From: Chrysomallon squamiferum
Taxonomy: Eukaryota > Animalia > Mollusca
Assembly (NCBI GenBank): GCA_012295275.1
Contig: CM022672.1
Location: 620,001 to 684,000, forward strand
Reading direction: 5' to 3'
DNA length: 64,000 nucleotides
Of the stretch, positions 44,008 through 57,344 are shown piece after piece. The translations under genes and the position numbers were made by a program. Under the pieces are notes generated by a model. It had not been told where the DNA came from. It saw only the letters and a program-made list of their open reading frames with translations, and made no database searches. Position 1 is the stretch's first letter. Each line of letters starts with the position of its first letter.

Positions 44008-44306
44008 TTTCAACCACTGTAAGATTATACATTAAATCACTGTACAATTAAATATTCAATCAATGTAAAGTTACATATTCAACCACTGTAAGGATACACA
44101 TTCAGTCACTGTACGTTTAGATATTCAATCACTGTAAAGTTACATATTCATCCACTGCATGTTAACACATTCAACCAGTATAAGATTACACATTCAACCA
44201 CTATAAGGTTATGCATTAAATATTCAACCACTGTGAAGTGACATATTCAACCATTTTAAAGTTAAATCTTCAACCACTGTAATGTTTCATATTCAAACAG
44301 TGTAAA
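44008..44306. repeat. Degenerate 21-23-bp minisatellite
   Basis: acatattcaaccactgtaaagtt-like units. Confidence 0.8.
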
Positions 44307-44664
44307 CTGATATACTGTTCAATAAAGTCACATGAAATAATTCTAACATAAACTAACACTTAATGTAACTGTAGAAATGAAAAAATAAATAAAAATAAAT
44401 AAAAATAAAAATAAAAATTACAGCAAAAAATAAACAGGAAATTATTTTTGAACAGGTTTTGTGAAATGTTATATTGCTTACAACAAACTGTAAGTCTCTG
44501 CCTCCTTTTTCACTTTTGCTTTCCTTGTGAAACATTCAGCCGATTTCTAATCATACTGCTTACTTCAAATCTTGTTCACTGCTTGACAGACTTCACATAA
44601 CTTAATGATATTCATTTCACTGAACACTACATTTTTTTCTCTGTGAACAGTGAACCTGTTATGT

Positions 44665-44869
44665 TCATTTGATGTGTTTTTTCATGTGAACTCTAAGGTT
44701 GTCTTTCCTGTTGTAGCGTGCCCCACACACAGTACAGACAAACGTGAATGCTTTCTGGTGAACTGTGAGCTTGTGTCTGACGAGCACGTAGATGTCAGAG
44801 AAGGTTTTCTTACAAATGTCACATGTGAGATTACGTTTGTAGTCTTTCTTACACGATCTCACCACAACC
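44665..44869 (-). CDS. Alternative terminal exon ZF-D: two C2H2 zinc fingers
   Basis: Acceptor ttgttatttttcAG|G GTT (AG 44871-44870, phase 2). CDICKKTFSDIYVLVRHKLTVH...CTVCGARYNRKDNLRVHMKKH. Confidence 0.87.
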
Positions 44870-45901
44870 CTGAAAAATAACAAACATCTTGGTTAATTCT
44901 CCACAGCCATCATCTCCTCAACTGTTCACACAGTAACACACAACAGTCCATCAAAGTATCACTACCTGAACCAAAACAATTCTGAAGTAAAACAATGACT
45001 ATAATCCATGAATTAATTTCATTTTAAAATGCACACAGCTCCAGCTATCAAGGTGGAATGATGAAAAACTAATATCCACTGTTTATACAGTTTTAAATCC
45101 TATACAAACTGTCAAGATAGTCATAATAAACGAATATTCATAAATAAATATCAGCAGAAATTTTTGGAAGTTGGAATAATGCATTCAGAATTACAGTAAA
45201 ACAAAGGTCGTATTGAGTTTATGACTTTTCCAAAAACATCAGTACCGAGAGCTATCAGAATACAGTTAAGTAACAATCACTGCTTAAAATAAAATAAATC
45301 ATAAATGAATGAAAATAATCAGTGTTTACATCAGATACACTTAATACTCCTCCAGTGATAACATCAGCTTGCCCATTACAACAGTAGACTCATCAGTGAA
45401 AATATTTTATAACATTTTTGGCTAATACTGTTAGCATTAGTAACAGCTCTAGATGTCTGACAATTTATTATCTTTACTAATATAATTAGTATAAAATTGT
45501 TGTTTATTTCTAAAACATATAAATTTTATATTTATCCTGTTGTTGTAGAATTCTGCTGTACAATTGTACAATCAGGACTAATTATGTACAGACAATGTGA
45601 CAGAAGTTTTCATAGTTCAAACACTGAAAGATGTTCATTGTGAACTGAAATACACAGCAGCAAACTGAAAACACTTCACCATCCAAACGACTGTGTTAAC
45701 AACCTGTGTAAAGAAGAAACCTCCAGAACACATTGTAAATACTTTTTGTTAAAATAAAGATACATGAATAGTAGCAGTGGAAAACAACTTGTCTAATTTT
45801 AGTACAGTAAGATGTTGTCAACATATCTGAGAACAATGAATTGTCTCAATGTACATTAAAGTCTATCCACTGAAAACAAGTGATGCAGCGTTAATAGGAG
45901 A

Positions 45902-46139
45902 CTAGGAGGAAGCACAGCCACGTGACACACTCTTTAAACCAAACAGATCTCCGTGTCTCTTCATGTGGGCAGTCAGGTTGTCCTTTCTGTTGTACTGCTT
46001 GCCACACAGCATACAGCCAAACAAGAACACTTTCTCGTGTACACTTTTCTTATGTCGGGACAGCACGCTGGAATCAAAGAATTTCTTGTTGCAAACTTCA
46101 CAGATGTTTTTGTCATCACTGTATTTGTTGTGTGTTACT
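45902..46139 (-). CDS. Alternative terminal exon ZF-E: two C2H2 zinc fingers (not listed in the ORF track)
   Basis: Manual translation after tttctgtgtttcAG|A (AG 46141-46140, phase 2): VTHNKYSDDKNICEVCNKKFFDSSVLSRHKKSVHEKVFLFGCMLCGKQYNRKDNLTAHMKRHGDLFGLKSVSRGCASS*. TAG at 45904-45902. Confidence 0.87.
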
Positions 46140-48483
46140 CTGAAACACAGAAATTAGTCTTTTAATTTGCTGTTTTCTTCTGCGACTGCCTGTGAGTCTA
46201 TCTACATATCTACATCCATGATTTAATCCACATCTACACACAGCTCAACACATACTGGATGCAAAAATTTGCTACAAATACTGTTGTGCTAGTCATGTGA
46301 AATCAATAAAAACAAAAACATTAGACATATAAATTATTTTATTAACAGATATTAATTTTAATTTTCATCATGTATCTCACTGCTATCACCAAAGTTCACA
46401 CAATTCAACTCTATTTGTGGACAATTAATTTGTCTGTATTACAGAAAATATGTTACAAATTTAAATATGCACAGTTTTAACCTGTTTTCTGAAACCATGT
46501 GTTAAATAAGTGGAGTAGAAAAAATGTAACACTAAATTAAAAGAATAAAAAAAAGATTGTGTGGAAAAAATGTATTATACTCTACAAATAATAATGTTGC
46601 CAATTAATACAGAACACAGATATTGTTCAGTTCTAGAATTTTAAAACACATTTAACTGATATTTGATCACTGCTGTATGTTATGCCTAGCTATACATTTA
46701 TTCTGCAGCAAACTACACACACAAAACTCTAAGTTGCTAATAGATAGTCTGTTTTTCTTCTGAAGACTATGAATTAGCTAGAGCTGGGGGTAAGATATGT
46801 TATTAAACAAATATAAACTTTTAGTTACCTACAAAGACAACAAGCAGCATAACAACAAAACTAATAAAATAAATGCACTGATTCATAACTTGATTTTACA
46901 GGTTTTTAACACTGCATCTTCAAGACTCTGATTTTTCCATTTTTTAAAATTTATTATTATTTTTTATAATTATTTTAATTATGATCATTACCATTATATT
47001 CAAATTACCGGTTCTTTTTATTTATTTACTTTTTTGAAATTTATTTTATTATTATTATTTTTTCTTTGTCTTGTATCTGTAAACTGTGTCAGCAGAACTG
47101 CTTGCTGAAGGCAAGTACTAAGAATAAGAATAAGAATTACTTTTTAAAGACATAAAAAAATCTATATTTTCTATTTAGCAGACACTACAACAGTAACTTA
47201 AGAGATGTTCTGCATGGATTAGACAACATCAACCTGTTATTTCACTCACACTTCAAACTCACAGAAACATTTGTCACATGAATTCACAGACTCAAAATCA
47301 GGGTAATTTCACTCACAAATAACACAGATTCTGGACCTATAAGTAAAGATGGAACTCTGGCAAATATTTATTGTCATTTCAAATTAGAGCTTTATTTTTA
47401 ACAAAAATATTATTAAAACTATATTTCCTCAAATTAAAATTATTTATCTGGTATAGACATATTATCTCTTGGAATTCTGCAGAAAGTTGAAAAGGTCAAA
47501 CATTATTTTAGGTGATTACATTTAGTGTTGAATACTGTAGATGTTGTAATATGCAGCAAAAATGAAAACACATGACTGTTAGATGAAATAAAAACTTCAA
47601 TATCATCTTCTTGTAGTAATGATGATGACAAAGATGATAATGAAATCAGCCAATGTTACTTTCTGTGAAGAAGTTTGACTATTTTGTTAAATAAAATTAA
47701 CCTTAAAGTTAAACAATATGAAATCTTTGATGTTTCAGGTTCAAACCTCAAAGCTACACATCTGTTACTTCTTTGACTGAAATGTCATGTGAATCCCTCT
47801 TTACAAGAATGATGAAAGAATTTCAGATGATCATTAACAAAACAACAATAACAGGAATCATGATGTATGATATACTAAGAATTTTTATTAAATATATAAT
47901 ACACAATAAAATATGATTATTGTATATCTGATTGTTAGAATTAAATTACAAACATTTGTTTATTAGTCTAAAACATTTAAAAAAAACTAATATAAAATTA
48001 ATCATTTTATGTATTTTAAAAAAAGTCTGATTGTAATATAAAACACAAATAAAACACTTCAAGTTATACATTAAAAAACACACACAAAGCTATCACCTCT
48101 AGTATTTGGTTTATATCAGTTTACAGAGAATGGTATCACTTACTGAAATCAATGTTCAACCTCTGTTATCTTACACAGATTTTGTGAGATGTTTTGTTTA
48201 TCTTGTGGATTTGGCAAATGGTAAACAACTAAAACAAGGCAACATCTTGTTATTATTTATCTTTTGTACTGGCCCTGTCAGTTGTTACAGTGGTTACTTC
48301 AAGTTACTTTGTTACAGGTTTCCTTTCTCAGAAATATTCTAAAATGTTTTCAATAAGAATTATAAAAAAATACTGGCCTTTCCTTCCTGAAATGTATTTA
48401 AACTTCTTATATATTATGAAGCATTAAATGAAGTAAGAATTCTGTAACTTGCAAGCTTTGCAAGTATAAAAGACAGGAGATTT

Positions 48484-48715
48484 CTAGGTAAGTTTCTGAT
48501 CCTTGAAATGATCTAAGAGAGTTCTGTTGTGTTTTTTCATGTGTGCAGTCAGACTGTCTTTTCTGTTGTACTTGCTGCCACACACACAGCACACAAACAA
48601 CTTGGACTTGAGGTGAACACTTTTCCGATGTCGGGACAGCACGCTGGAATCAAAGAATTTCTTGTTGCAAACTTCACAGATGTTTTTGTCATCACTGTGT
48701 TTGTTGTTATTTACT
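48484..48715 (-). CDS. Alternative terminal exon ZF-F: two C2H2 zinc fingers
   Basis: Acceptor tttctgtgtttcAG|A GTA (AG 48717-48716, phase 2). CEVCNKKFFDSSVLSRHRKSVH...CCVCGSKYNRKDSLTAHMKKH. Confidence 0.87.
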
Positions 48716-49546
48716 CTGAAACACAGAAACAATGCCATTAGATTGACTCTACACCTCTCCAGTCTACATGTCAACTACTTAATGTTGATTAATCCAAGTG
48801 GCTATTCTTCCAATAACTCAGTACAACAGTCTGACATCCAGTCAGTTTCTTTTTATGCTATATATTGTCTTGAGCTACCATTTTTTTTTAAAATGCTTTA
48901 TTGTTTATACCAAATACAAGAACAGGATTAACCCATGTCTGACACATTGTCACATACTGTACATGTTCAAAAACTGTAATTGTTTGTCACTGCTACTTTC
49001 ACTATAAAGTGAGATCTAGACTATGGTTGATTGTAACACACTGGAATGTATAAAAACAGAATACTTGATGACACAGAACTTTCTGATAAAGAATACTGTT
49101 CCTCTTAACAGTCTTGTATAATGTGATTTCATTTTTCTTTTCCATAAAATGAAAAGTGTTAGTTTAGTTGAGGATCCCAGGTTAAAAAAAAGATCTCAAC
49201 AAGAAAAAGATGACATTGTTGTCACACAGTAGAGTGATTACACTGCAAAAGGATGCTGGTTTCCTTTTTTTAAAACGTACATGTTGAACAACAGATTAAA
49301 TAAAACATTTCTTCCGACAGATATTCAAGTAATATCTCAAATCTGTCTGTATAAGAAGTTAGTAAAACTAAGTCTTCATTTACTGTATTTGTATAAACTG
49401 CAACACAATTGATATAATAATAGATAATTAAAAGAAAGTTATCACTTTCGTGTGATTTGTTAGTTGTTTGTCCTCCATCCTAGTAATGTAATTATAGTTC
49501 ATACTTCTTTAATAATACAGTCAACAACTACAAAACTGGGGATGTT

Positions 49547-49784
49547 CTATGTAACGTGATCGTCAGTGATGTTGTGTACACCACATGTTGACTTCTTCAT
49601 GTGCTGGATCAGGTTGTCTCGTCTGTTGTATGCAGCACCGCAGTTGCACACAAACGACCGCTTCTCGTGGACAGTGCGATGATGTCTGAGCAGTGTATAG
49701 TGGTATGTGAATCTCTTCATGCAGATGCTGCACACGTGGCTTGCCGACACTGCTGCTGTCTGCTGCACCCAGTTCCCTCCATGC
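49547..49784 (-). CDS. Alternative terminal exon ZF-G: C2H2 finger plus atypical CxC...HxxxxxC finger
   Basis: Acceptor tttcctttccAG|G CAT (AG 49786-49785, phase 2). CSICMKRFTYHYTLLRHHRTVH...FVCNCGAAYNRRDNLIQHMKKSTC. Confidence 0.82.
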
Positions 49785-51139
49785 CTGGAAAGGAAACGAT
49801 GCAGTCAATTAGACGGCAGCAGTGACAACATAAAAACACACACCAACTGATACACATTTTACCTGTAAAGTACCTGCGATAAGCAGTCTAATTAATATAC
49901 TTCTAATATACAAAATAATCATTTTATTATTTTAGGTGTCCTATCACCCTCCATTGTAACATTCACCACTCTTAGGAAAATATGACAAACTAATACTGTG
50001 ATAAAACATCTGAATGTCATCACTTCACAACTTGAGTCATATCACTATGTACATGGTAGACAGACTAATTTTTTTGTAAGGCAATATTGCAAGAAATTTT
50101 AGAGCAAACTGATTTGCTCTGATAATATCACAATCACAGAAATGTCATTTTTTAACTGCTATCTTTTGTTATTCTTTGCTATGAAGAATAGACAGTATAA
50201 AACAAACAAAACAACTTGAAAAATTTCAGAATATATTTAGACTATTTTCATTAAAAGTATGTATTAATAATTAAGTGGCTTTTTTAAACATAAACACACA
50301 CCATCTTTGTACATTTTTATGTTATTTATGAAATTTGTTTCACTACTGTAAAATGTAGCATCATAAGATACACTCAAAATTATCATGATATATTTCTAAA
50401 AATTCAATGTAGTTTTAATTAAACAAGTTATGGCTTGTTAATGTGAATTATATAACAAAGTATTGTGTTTAGTGAATGGAAGAGTACAGTTATAGTTAGT
50501 TATTGTACATTACTGTTGTCTGTTACATATACACTTGGTTCTTACTACAAACTGCCCAGTTGTAACTAGCTGAACACTACATACCATCAAAATATTAAAA
50601 TAATTACAAACCATCTGAGTTAAATTTCATCTTCAACATTACCAGTTATAAATATTACCTGTCAAATTACTGTATGTGTACTTAAACTAAATTAACATTC
50701 CATAAACAAACATCGAATCACATTTTCACACCAAATTATACCCACAATTCAACTGTTACAGAACCATACTGAACAATTATTACACTGGTGAACCATTAGA
50801 ACAATACATAAAACAAAATCAAATTTCAGAAGTTTTTTAACTGAAAAGTAAAAGTGAATTTTGCAGTGACAGATGATATGAAGTTAACAACGATGAGAAA
50901 ATTGTTTTTTTATTGATCAATGAAGGAGAAGCAAATGATCCTCCAGTGGGTTTATGAGAAATGACTAAACAATTTGAAATGACATTTAGTTTTAGTTTAT
51001 TTAATTTTCACCAAATATTAACACTGTCATCATATACTGAAGGTATTTACTATGAGGAAGAGTTGCTGTTATTATTTTTCAAAGTAACAGAAATTATCTA
51101 CAGTTTGTCAGCTGAGGTTTCAGTGAACTGACTGGAATT

Positions 51140-51171
<32 letters not shown>

Positions 51172-51531
51172 CATATCCCCCACCCCCCAAAAAAACACAT
51201 TAAAATTAAAATAAATAAATATAAATTTAAAAAGATTAAAAAAAATATCTATCTGAAATAATACTAAGACATTTGTGGAATATTCAAACATTAAAATTTA
51301 CTTAGAATTTAGACAAGTTAAATACACTCACTCAGTGAAGCCAGACCAACATGACATTACAGATGTTTCTTAAAACAAGCAACTATAACTGTCCTTGTGT
51401 TCACAACAGCCAAGAGATACTTTCAGAATAAGTAAATGATTTGAGTAACTTAGTCACTTATCATACAACTGATTGCTTTAACACGGTAAATATCCTCACA
51501 ACCACTGAACAGTTTGAAGCATCAGTGACTA

Positions 51532-51763
51532 TCAACTGTCACCATGGTGAACATTCATGTGAATGTGGAGGTGATCCTTCCGTGCGAAACCCTTAGAGCA
51601 AACTGAGCATGAGAAGCGAGTCATCTTGAGGTGCACACTCTGCACATGACGGCAGAGAGACTGGCGATAGGAAAACTCTTTAAAACAAATGTGACAAGTC
51701 ATCGAGTCGGACCGTTTGGGGACATTCCCTCTCAGCATGTGAGGAGTCAGGCGTTTGACAGGC
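51532..51763 (-). CDS. Alternative terminal exon ZF-H: two C2H2 zinc fingers
   Basis: Acceptor tcttctactttcAG|G CCT (AG 51765-51764, phase 2). CHICFKEFSYRQSLCRHVQSVH...CSVCSKGFARKDHLHIHMNVH. Confidence 0.87.
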
Positions 51764-52339
51764 CTGAAAGTAGAAGACATGGCTTATGAAAACTTGCTTG
51801 TCACACACATTTACTCTTAAATTAAAAGCTTCTTGCACAGGACAGTTATAACCTGTAACTGATCACATTCATTTCCTCCTTTGTACTCTCTTAAACCAAA
51901 CTGATAAATGTAAGTGAGGACCACACCTGCAGACATGATGACAGTACAAAGATTACCTCAACATACTGATATGTGTCATTTTATGTACTGTCAATTGATT
52001 TTAAAACTGCCATTAAGAAAAACTCCTGGTGTATCTGTGCATCATTTTAGACTGGTCAAACTAGCATAATTCAAAGGAACACACACACACACACACAAAC
52101 AGATATAACAATAAGTGTAATGACCTTTTAATCCTAATTCTTGTAGTCCAGAGTAGATCTGCAATCAACCTATTTAAAATTGTCTTAACACTTGCAAAAT
52201 ATCCTCTATTTTAGACTTCTGAATAAGCAGTTTTAAATGTATCATGTACTTACTACCTCAACATCAATGTTTAAGTCAGAGTTTATTTAGTTATTACCTA
52301 ACTTATTTAAGCTGATATTGAACATGTACCTGAATGTTA

Positions 52340-52393
<54 letters not shown>

Positions 52394-52475
52394 ATATCAA
52401 TAAATAAAACTAAATATTTGCAATTATAAAGTAATACAAATTATTTTTAATAAACCTTGACTGTAACACTAACTT

Positions 52476-52788
52476 CACAAAATTACTTCCAGTTCCCTCA
52501 AGAATATCATCAGTGAAAGACAATCAAAATTAATACACACAATATACTGTTTAGACAGATTAGAGATGATCAAAAAGTATTAAAAATGTATCTTCTGTTT
52601 ATGTATTTATAACCTGTTTTGAGATAGATGCACAAAATTACTTCCAGTTCCCTCAAGAATATCATCAGTGAAAGACAATCAAAATTAATACACACAATAT
52701 ACTGTTTAGACAGATTAGAGATGATCAAAAAGTATTAAAAATGTATCTTCTGTTTATGTATTTATAACCTGTTTTGAGATAGCTGCAC
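52476..52788. repeat. Near-perfect 155-bp tandem duplication
   Basis: cacaaaattacttccagttccctcaagaat...gagatag starts at 52476 and again at 52631. Confidence 0.92.
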
Positions 52789-52984
52789 AGTGTACTCATG
52801 GTTTATAGTTTATAAGTGAACAGAAAGAATGTAACTGATGCAGAAACTGTTCTTACAGACCACTTGAAAAACTTTGATTAGCTTGGAAGTTTCAAAATGG
52901 AATAATTATATGATTATGCTATTACACACTTTATATATAAAAATTTCTATTTTGTGCATTTCAAGTCAAAAACAATATAATCAA

Positions 52985-53528
52985 CAGAAACACTGAAATA
53001 ATTCACTAATAAGAATTTGTTGATATAATTGGTTTGTTCTGAATACAGTAGAACATTGAAATGTTTCATAATTGAAATGTTTTATTTGTTCTGAATAAAA
53101 TAAAACAGTGAAACAAATGTAGGAGTTTGTTGAAAATGTTTCACTTGTAGGAGTTTGTTGAAATGTTTTATTTGTTCTGAATAAAGTAAAACATTGAAAT
53201 ATTTCACTTGCAGGAGTTTGTTGAAATGTTATTTGTTCTGAATAAAGTAAAACGTTGAAATATTTCACTTGTAGGAGTTTGTTGAAATGTTATTTGTTCT
53301 GAATAAATAAAACATTGAAAAACATTGAAAATTTGTTGTTGAATAAAGTAAAACATTGAAATGTTTCACTTGTAGGAGTTTGTTGAAATGTTTTATTTGT
53401 TCTGAATAAAGTAAAACATTGAAATATTTCACTTGTAGGAGTTTGTTGAAATGTTTTATTTGTTCTGAATAAAGTAAAACATTGAAATATTTCACTTGTA
53501 GGAGTTTGTTGAAATGTTATTTGTTCAG
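52985..53528. repeat. 61-63-bp minisatellite abutting the stop of exon ZF-I
   Basis: tctgaataaagtaaaacattgaaatatttcacttgtaggagtttgttgaaatgttttatttgt repeated. Confidence 0.92.
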
Positions 53529-53529
53529 A

Positions 53530-53731
53530 CTAAAATAGTTTAGAGTGACGTACAAGAGAGTCTCTTCGTGTGAAAACTTGGTCACAGAGAGGGCATGAAA
53601 AGGACACTGATCGAGAATGAACAGTGTCATGATGTCGTTTTAAGTCATGTGGAAATGCAAACACTTTGTTACACTTAGCACACAGGTGGCGCTGTCTGAC
53701 AACACTTCCTGATTTTGTCTTCATGCCTGGG
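53530..53731 (-). CDS. Alternative terminal exon ZF-I: one complete and one truncated C2H2 finger
   Basis: Acceptor tttgtttctattgcAG|C CCA GGC ATG (AG 53733-53732, phase 2). CAKCNKVFAFPHDLKRHHDTVH...CPLCDQVFTRRDSLVRHSKLF* lacks the last Zn ligand. Confidence 0.78.
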
Positions 53732-55948
53732 CTGCAATAGAAACAAAGTTGGATGTCAAAGACTCATGAGTTGTGTCCCCTAACTCAGGTGTTAAACTTT
53801 AACCACAATCAACTATCTACTTTTGTAATGTAAAACACTGCTGTTTTTGTGTGAAATTATAAAACTCACACATAATCAAGTCTATGTGTTTATAGTTTAC
53901 TATACTTTTAAACAGTATAAAAATAAGATGCAGATTAGAAGGGTTATCACTGTTGAAAGTCAAATCAAATAAATTAATTATGATGTTGGTACAAGTACAC
54001 CTCTGATTCAGTAATCCTTTGCTGTAGTCTCTGCTAATTATCAGTTTTTTCCCACATCAGGATAATTCAGCTATACACCTTTAAACAAATAAATATGTAT
54101 CTCCCATATCTTTAAAGAACCATACACTGCTATGAACTTAAATTAAATACTTAAATAAAACATATCAGTATAAATGGTTCTAGATTATAAGTACTTGTTG
54201 CATTAAAAAAATAATAATAAATAAATTAAAAAAAGAAAATTAAATTTAAAAAATTTTAAAAATCAGATAATGATTTTAAAACAATATTAAATGAAAATTA
54301 AGAGATATAATATGGAGGTCCAGATCATCAATGTCATGAAAATATCCTACATTTCAAGTTCTAGTTAGTAGTTGCATAAAAAAAATAATAAAATTAAAAT
54401 AAAATCAGATGATTTTAAAACAATAGCAAATCTATATTAAGTGATATATTTTGAGGTTCCAGATCATCAATGTCTGGAAAATTGATCATGTATAGTAAAA
54501 TCAATAAATTAATTAAATACACTTTTATAATTTAATGTACAAACTTCAAAATGCTGCTTATTCTACAGTTTAAATACCAGTATTTCTTGAAATCCTGCAG
54601 TGTTTTAAAACAACAACTTTTAGTGTAAAGTCCTTAAATAATTTTCAATTCAAAATAAAAAAAACTGTAAAGAATTAATAACAGAATATGTAAATTTTTA
54701 AATTTAATTCAAAACCAATACTGCAGACTAGGTAAATGTAGTCAGGTAACATTTTGCTACCTAACAATCTGAAGTCACGACATTCAAAGCATACTTTTTA
54801 GACCAGACTATGTATTTAAGGAAATGATGGTGATCTCCATTAACATACACACACATGCATACATGCACACATGCACACACACCTGTTTTTACAAAAATTA
54901 AGAGCGATATATTAAATTACATGCAAGAGATAAGAACAATATTTTCAGTAAACATTTATTGCACATTATGACACTTTATTAAAACAGAAAAATAAAATTA
55001 TTTGTTTTTGTAATGTGAACGTATTTTTATGCTGATGATTATTAAGTGTCAAGTACTTTATAAAGAACAAGAGATAAAAGCCACTAGAGCAGTTCTTTGT
55101 GAGTTCGTGTCTCAAGGACAGCAGAGATTATCTTAATTGTCACATAACACAGGTTGGAATATAAACCACTGGGAACACAATGGAGAACTGATCCTGCAAT
55201 CCTAGATAACACTTGACAATATCCTACAACTGATACAAACACTCGTAGGTTTATCTGATATCTGTGGACAAACAGAAATCTCTAAAATAATAACTAACAC
55301 AAATATTTTCTTTTGCATGGATAATGAGTGAACAAAAAACAGACTATTAATCATTAACAAGCAAAAACAAACAAAATAATAAACAGGATGAAGTTTAGAC
55401 AGATATTCTGTTTATTATAAAAAAAACAAAACAAAAAAAACCCTATCAAACATATGAACACACTAACAAAGGAATGTGTAAGTAAATGTTCCTCTGTAGT
55501 AACTAACAACAATGTTTATAAGACATGAGGAATAAATGTAACCCAGTCTGAAATCACAAACTGTTTTATATCTGCTCTGTGTGTTTGATTTGGTTTTCAA
55601 AATGTACATCTTTCTTCACAAGCTTTAATCTGTGACTTCTGTCAGTGTTTTGTAACAAATCATCAGATATCTGAATTAACTTGTCTTCATCACTGTCACT
55701 GGCATCACTTGTTTTTTTCTTCTGTGCTGTAATACAACTTTCTGACACACACAACTAAACACTTTGTACATATTTGAAATAAAGCTCTTCCTACAGCTGC
55801 CATTGTTCTTCATGCAAATATAAATAAAAGACTTCTTAATAATAAATGCTACAGATATGACTCAAACACTTGGATTCTGTTGTTTTACCTAAATAAATGA
55901 AACACTTGTAAATGTTTTACATATACAAATGAAACCCTTTGCTGATGT

Positions 55949-56189
55949 TCACAGGTATAAATGAAACACTTGTGGATGGTGTTGTTTGATGTGAAGGTTG
56001 AGGTTAGAATTGCGGCTGAACTGTTTTCCACACACTGCACATTCACACTTGCTCTGGGCATGGACAGTACGCCTGTGTCTGGTCAGAGCAGAACGAAATG
56101 TGAAAGTTTTTGTACATTCACCACATTTGTACCTTGATCCACCAATGTACCTCTCTGACGAGACATTCAAGTTTGAACTTTGAGCCACT
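55949..56189 (-). CDS. Alternative terminal exon ZF-J: two C2H2 zinc fingers
   Basis: Acceptor tgcttccctttcAG|A GTG (AG 56191-56190, phase 2). CGECTKTFTFRSALTRHRRTVH...CAVCGKQFSRNSNLNLHIKQH. Confidence 0.87.
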
Positions 56190-56722
56190 CTGAAAGGGAA
56201 GCAGACAAAAACTGTGTAAGCCTTCGCAGTTGAAGCACATAACTGTTGACATCTGCAACTCAAACATTACAATCTCACTATTCTCAGCAATACTAGATAC
56301 TCAAGAAGTCCATACAGTTTTTTCTAAACTTGTCTTCTTGTCTTCTTTGTTTGACCTACAACTGCAGTTCTAAATATGACACACACATACTGTTACAACA
56401 CTAACCACAATTGTAAAAGAAACTAATGCCCTTCTAGCAGTATTCAAAAATGTCAAATACACCATTTTCAATAAATGAAAAATAAAATTGTTTCAGAACT
56501 GAAATCAAGAAATCCCATTAAATGATCCCTGAACACAGTAACAAACTGTTCTATTAATACATCGATTTATATCACTTTTTTAACGAGGCAAATCACTGAA
56601 ACTGGTCACATTCTGACCTTGGTCTAGTGACTGGTCACTAGTCTTATTATTTTTAATCATCTTTTTCAAGTCCTTCAGGTTGATCAGATTGATATTGATC
56701 TCCTGAACATCTGCACACCATC

Positions 56723-57086
56723 TTATTTTTCATCATGTTTTTTAACAGGTAAGTCATCAAGGACAGTCAGATGAGGATGTTCTGCTGTGTCTAGCTGTGG
56801 ACTGCTTTCACTAAACTGGTCAGACATGTGAAATGACGAGTGACCTGCTGATTTCAGGTGTGAGTTGAGATGTTGAGCGAGAACATCCTTCCTGTTGTAG
56901 TTCTTGCCACAGAGAGGACATGTGTGACGCAGAAGACGTTGGTGCACACTCTGCTGATGTCGTACTAGAGTCCAGTTATATGTGAACTTTTTGTTGCAAG
57001 TTTCACAAATGTGATCTTTCTTAGATTTTATGGAAAATCGAAAGTCTCCTGTCATATCAATATTTGCATCAGCTTTTGAGGTCATT
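56723..57086 (-). CDS. Alternative terminal exon ZF-K: two C2H2 zinc fingers plus C-terminal tail
   Basis: Acceptor tttgttttgttttcAG|A ATG (AG 57088-57087, phase 2). CETCNKKFTYNWTLVRHQQSVH...CPLCGKNYNRKDVLAQHLNSH. Confidence 0.87.
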
Positions 57087-57301
57087 CTGAAAACAAAACA
57101 AATTGCAGTTGAAAGGTCTGTACAACAAGGGCGATTGTTTCACTCAGTCCACTATTTACCACATCTTAACCACTGCTCAAATCTATTCAAAACTCTGCTT
57201 ATGTAAGTCTCCAGAGTGAGGTCAGTATTCACATTTCACTTCTCAGTATAGCAAAAAGGAAGTAATAAGCTGATGACATGAAAAAATAAATAAAAAAAGA
57301 A

Positions 57302-57344
<43 letters not shown>

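Noticed and set aside
55566-55815. Acidic ORF (SDASDSDEDK) and a 'FSCVCQK' fragment downstream of ZF-J as a further exon
   Set aside because: No complete finger pattern or convincing phase-2 acceptor; probably 3' UTR or intron.
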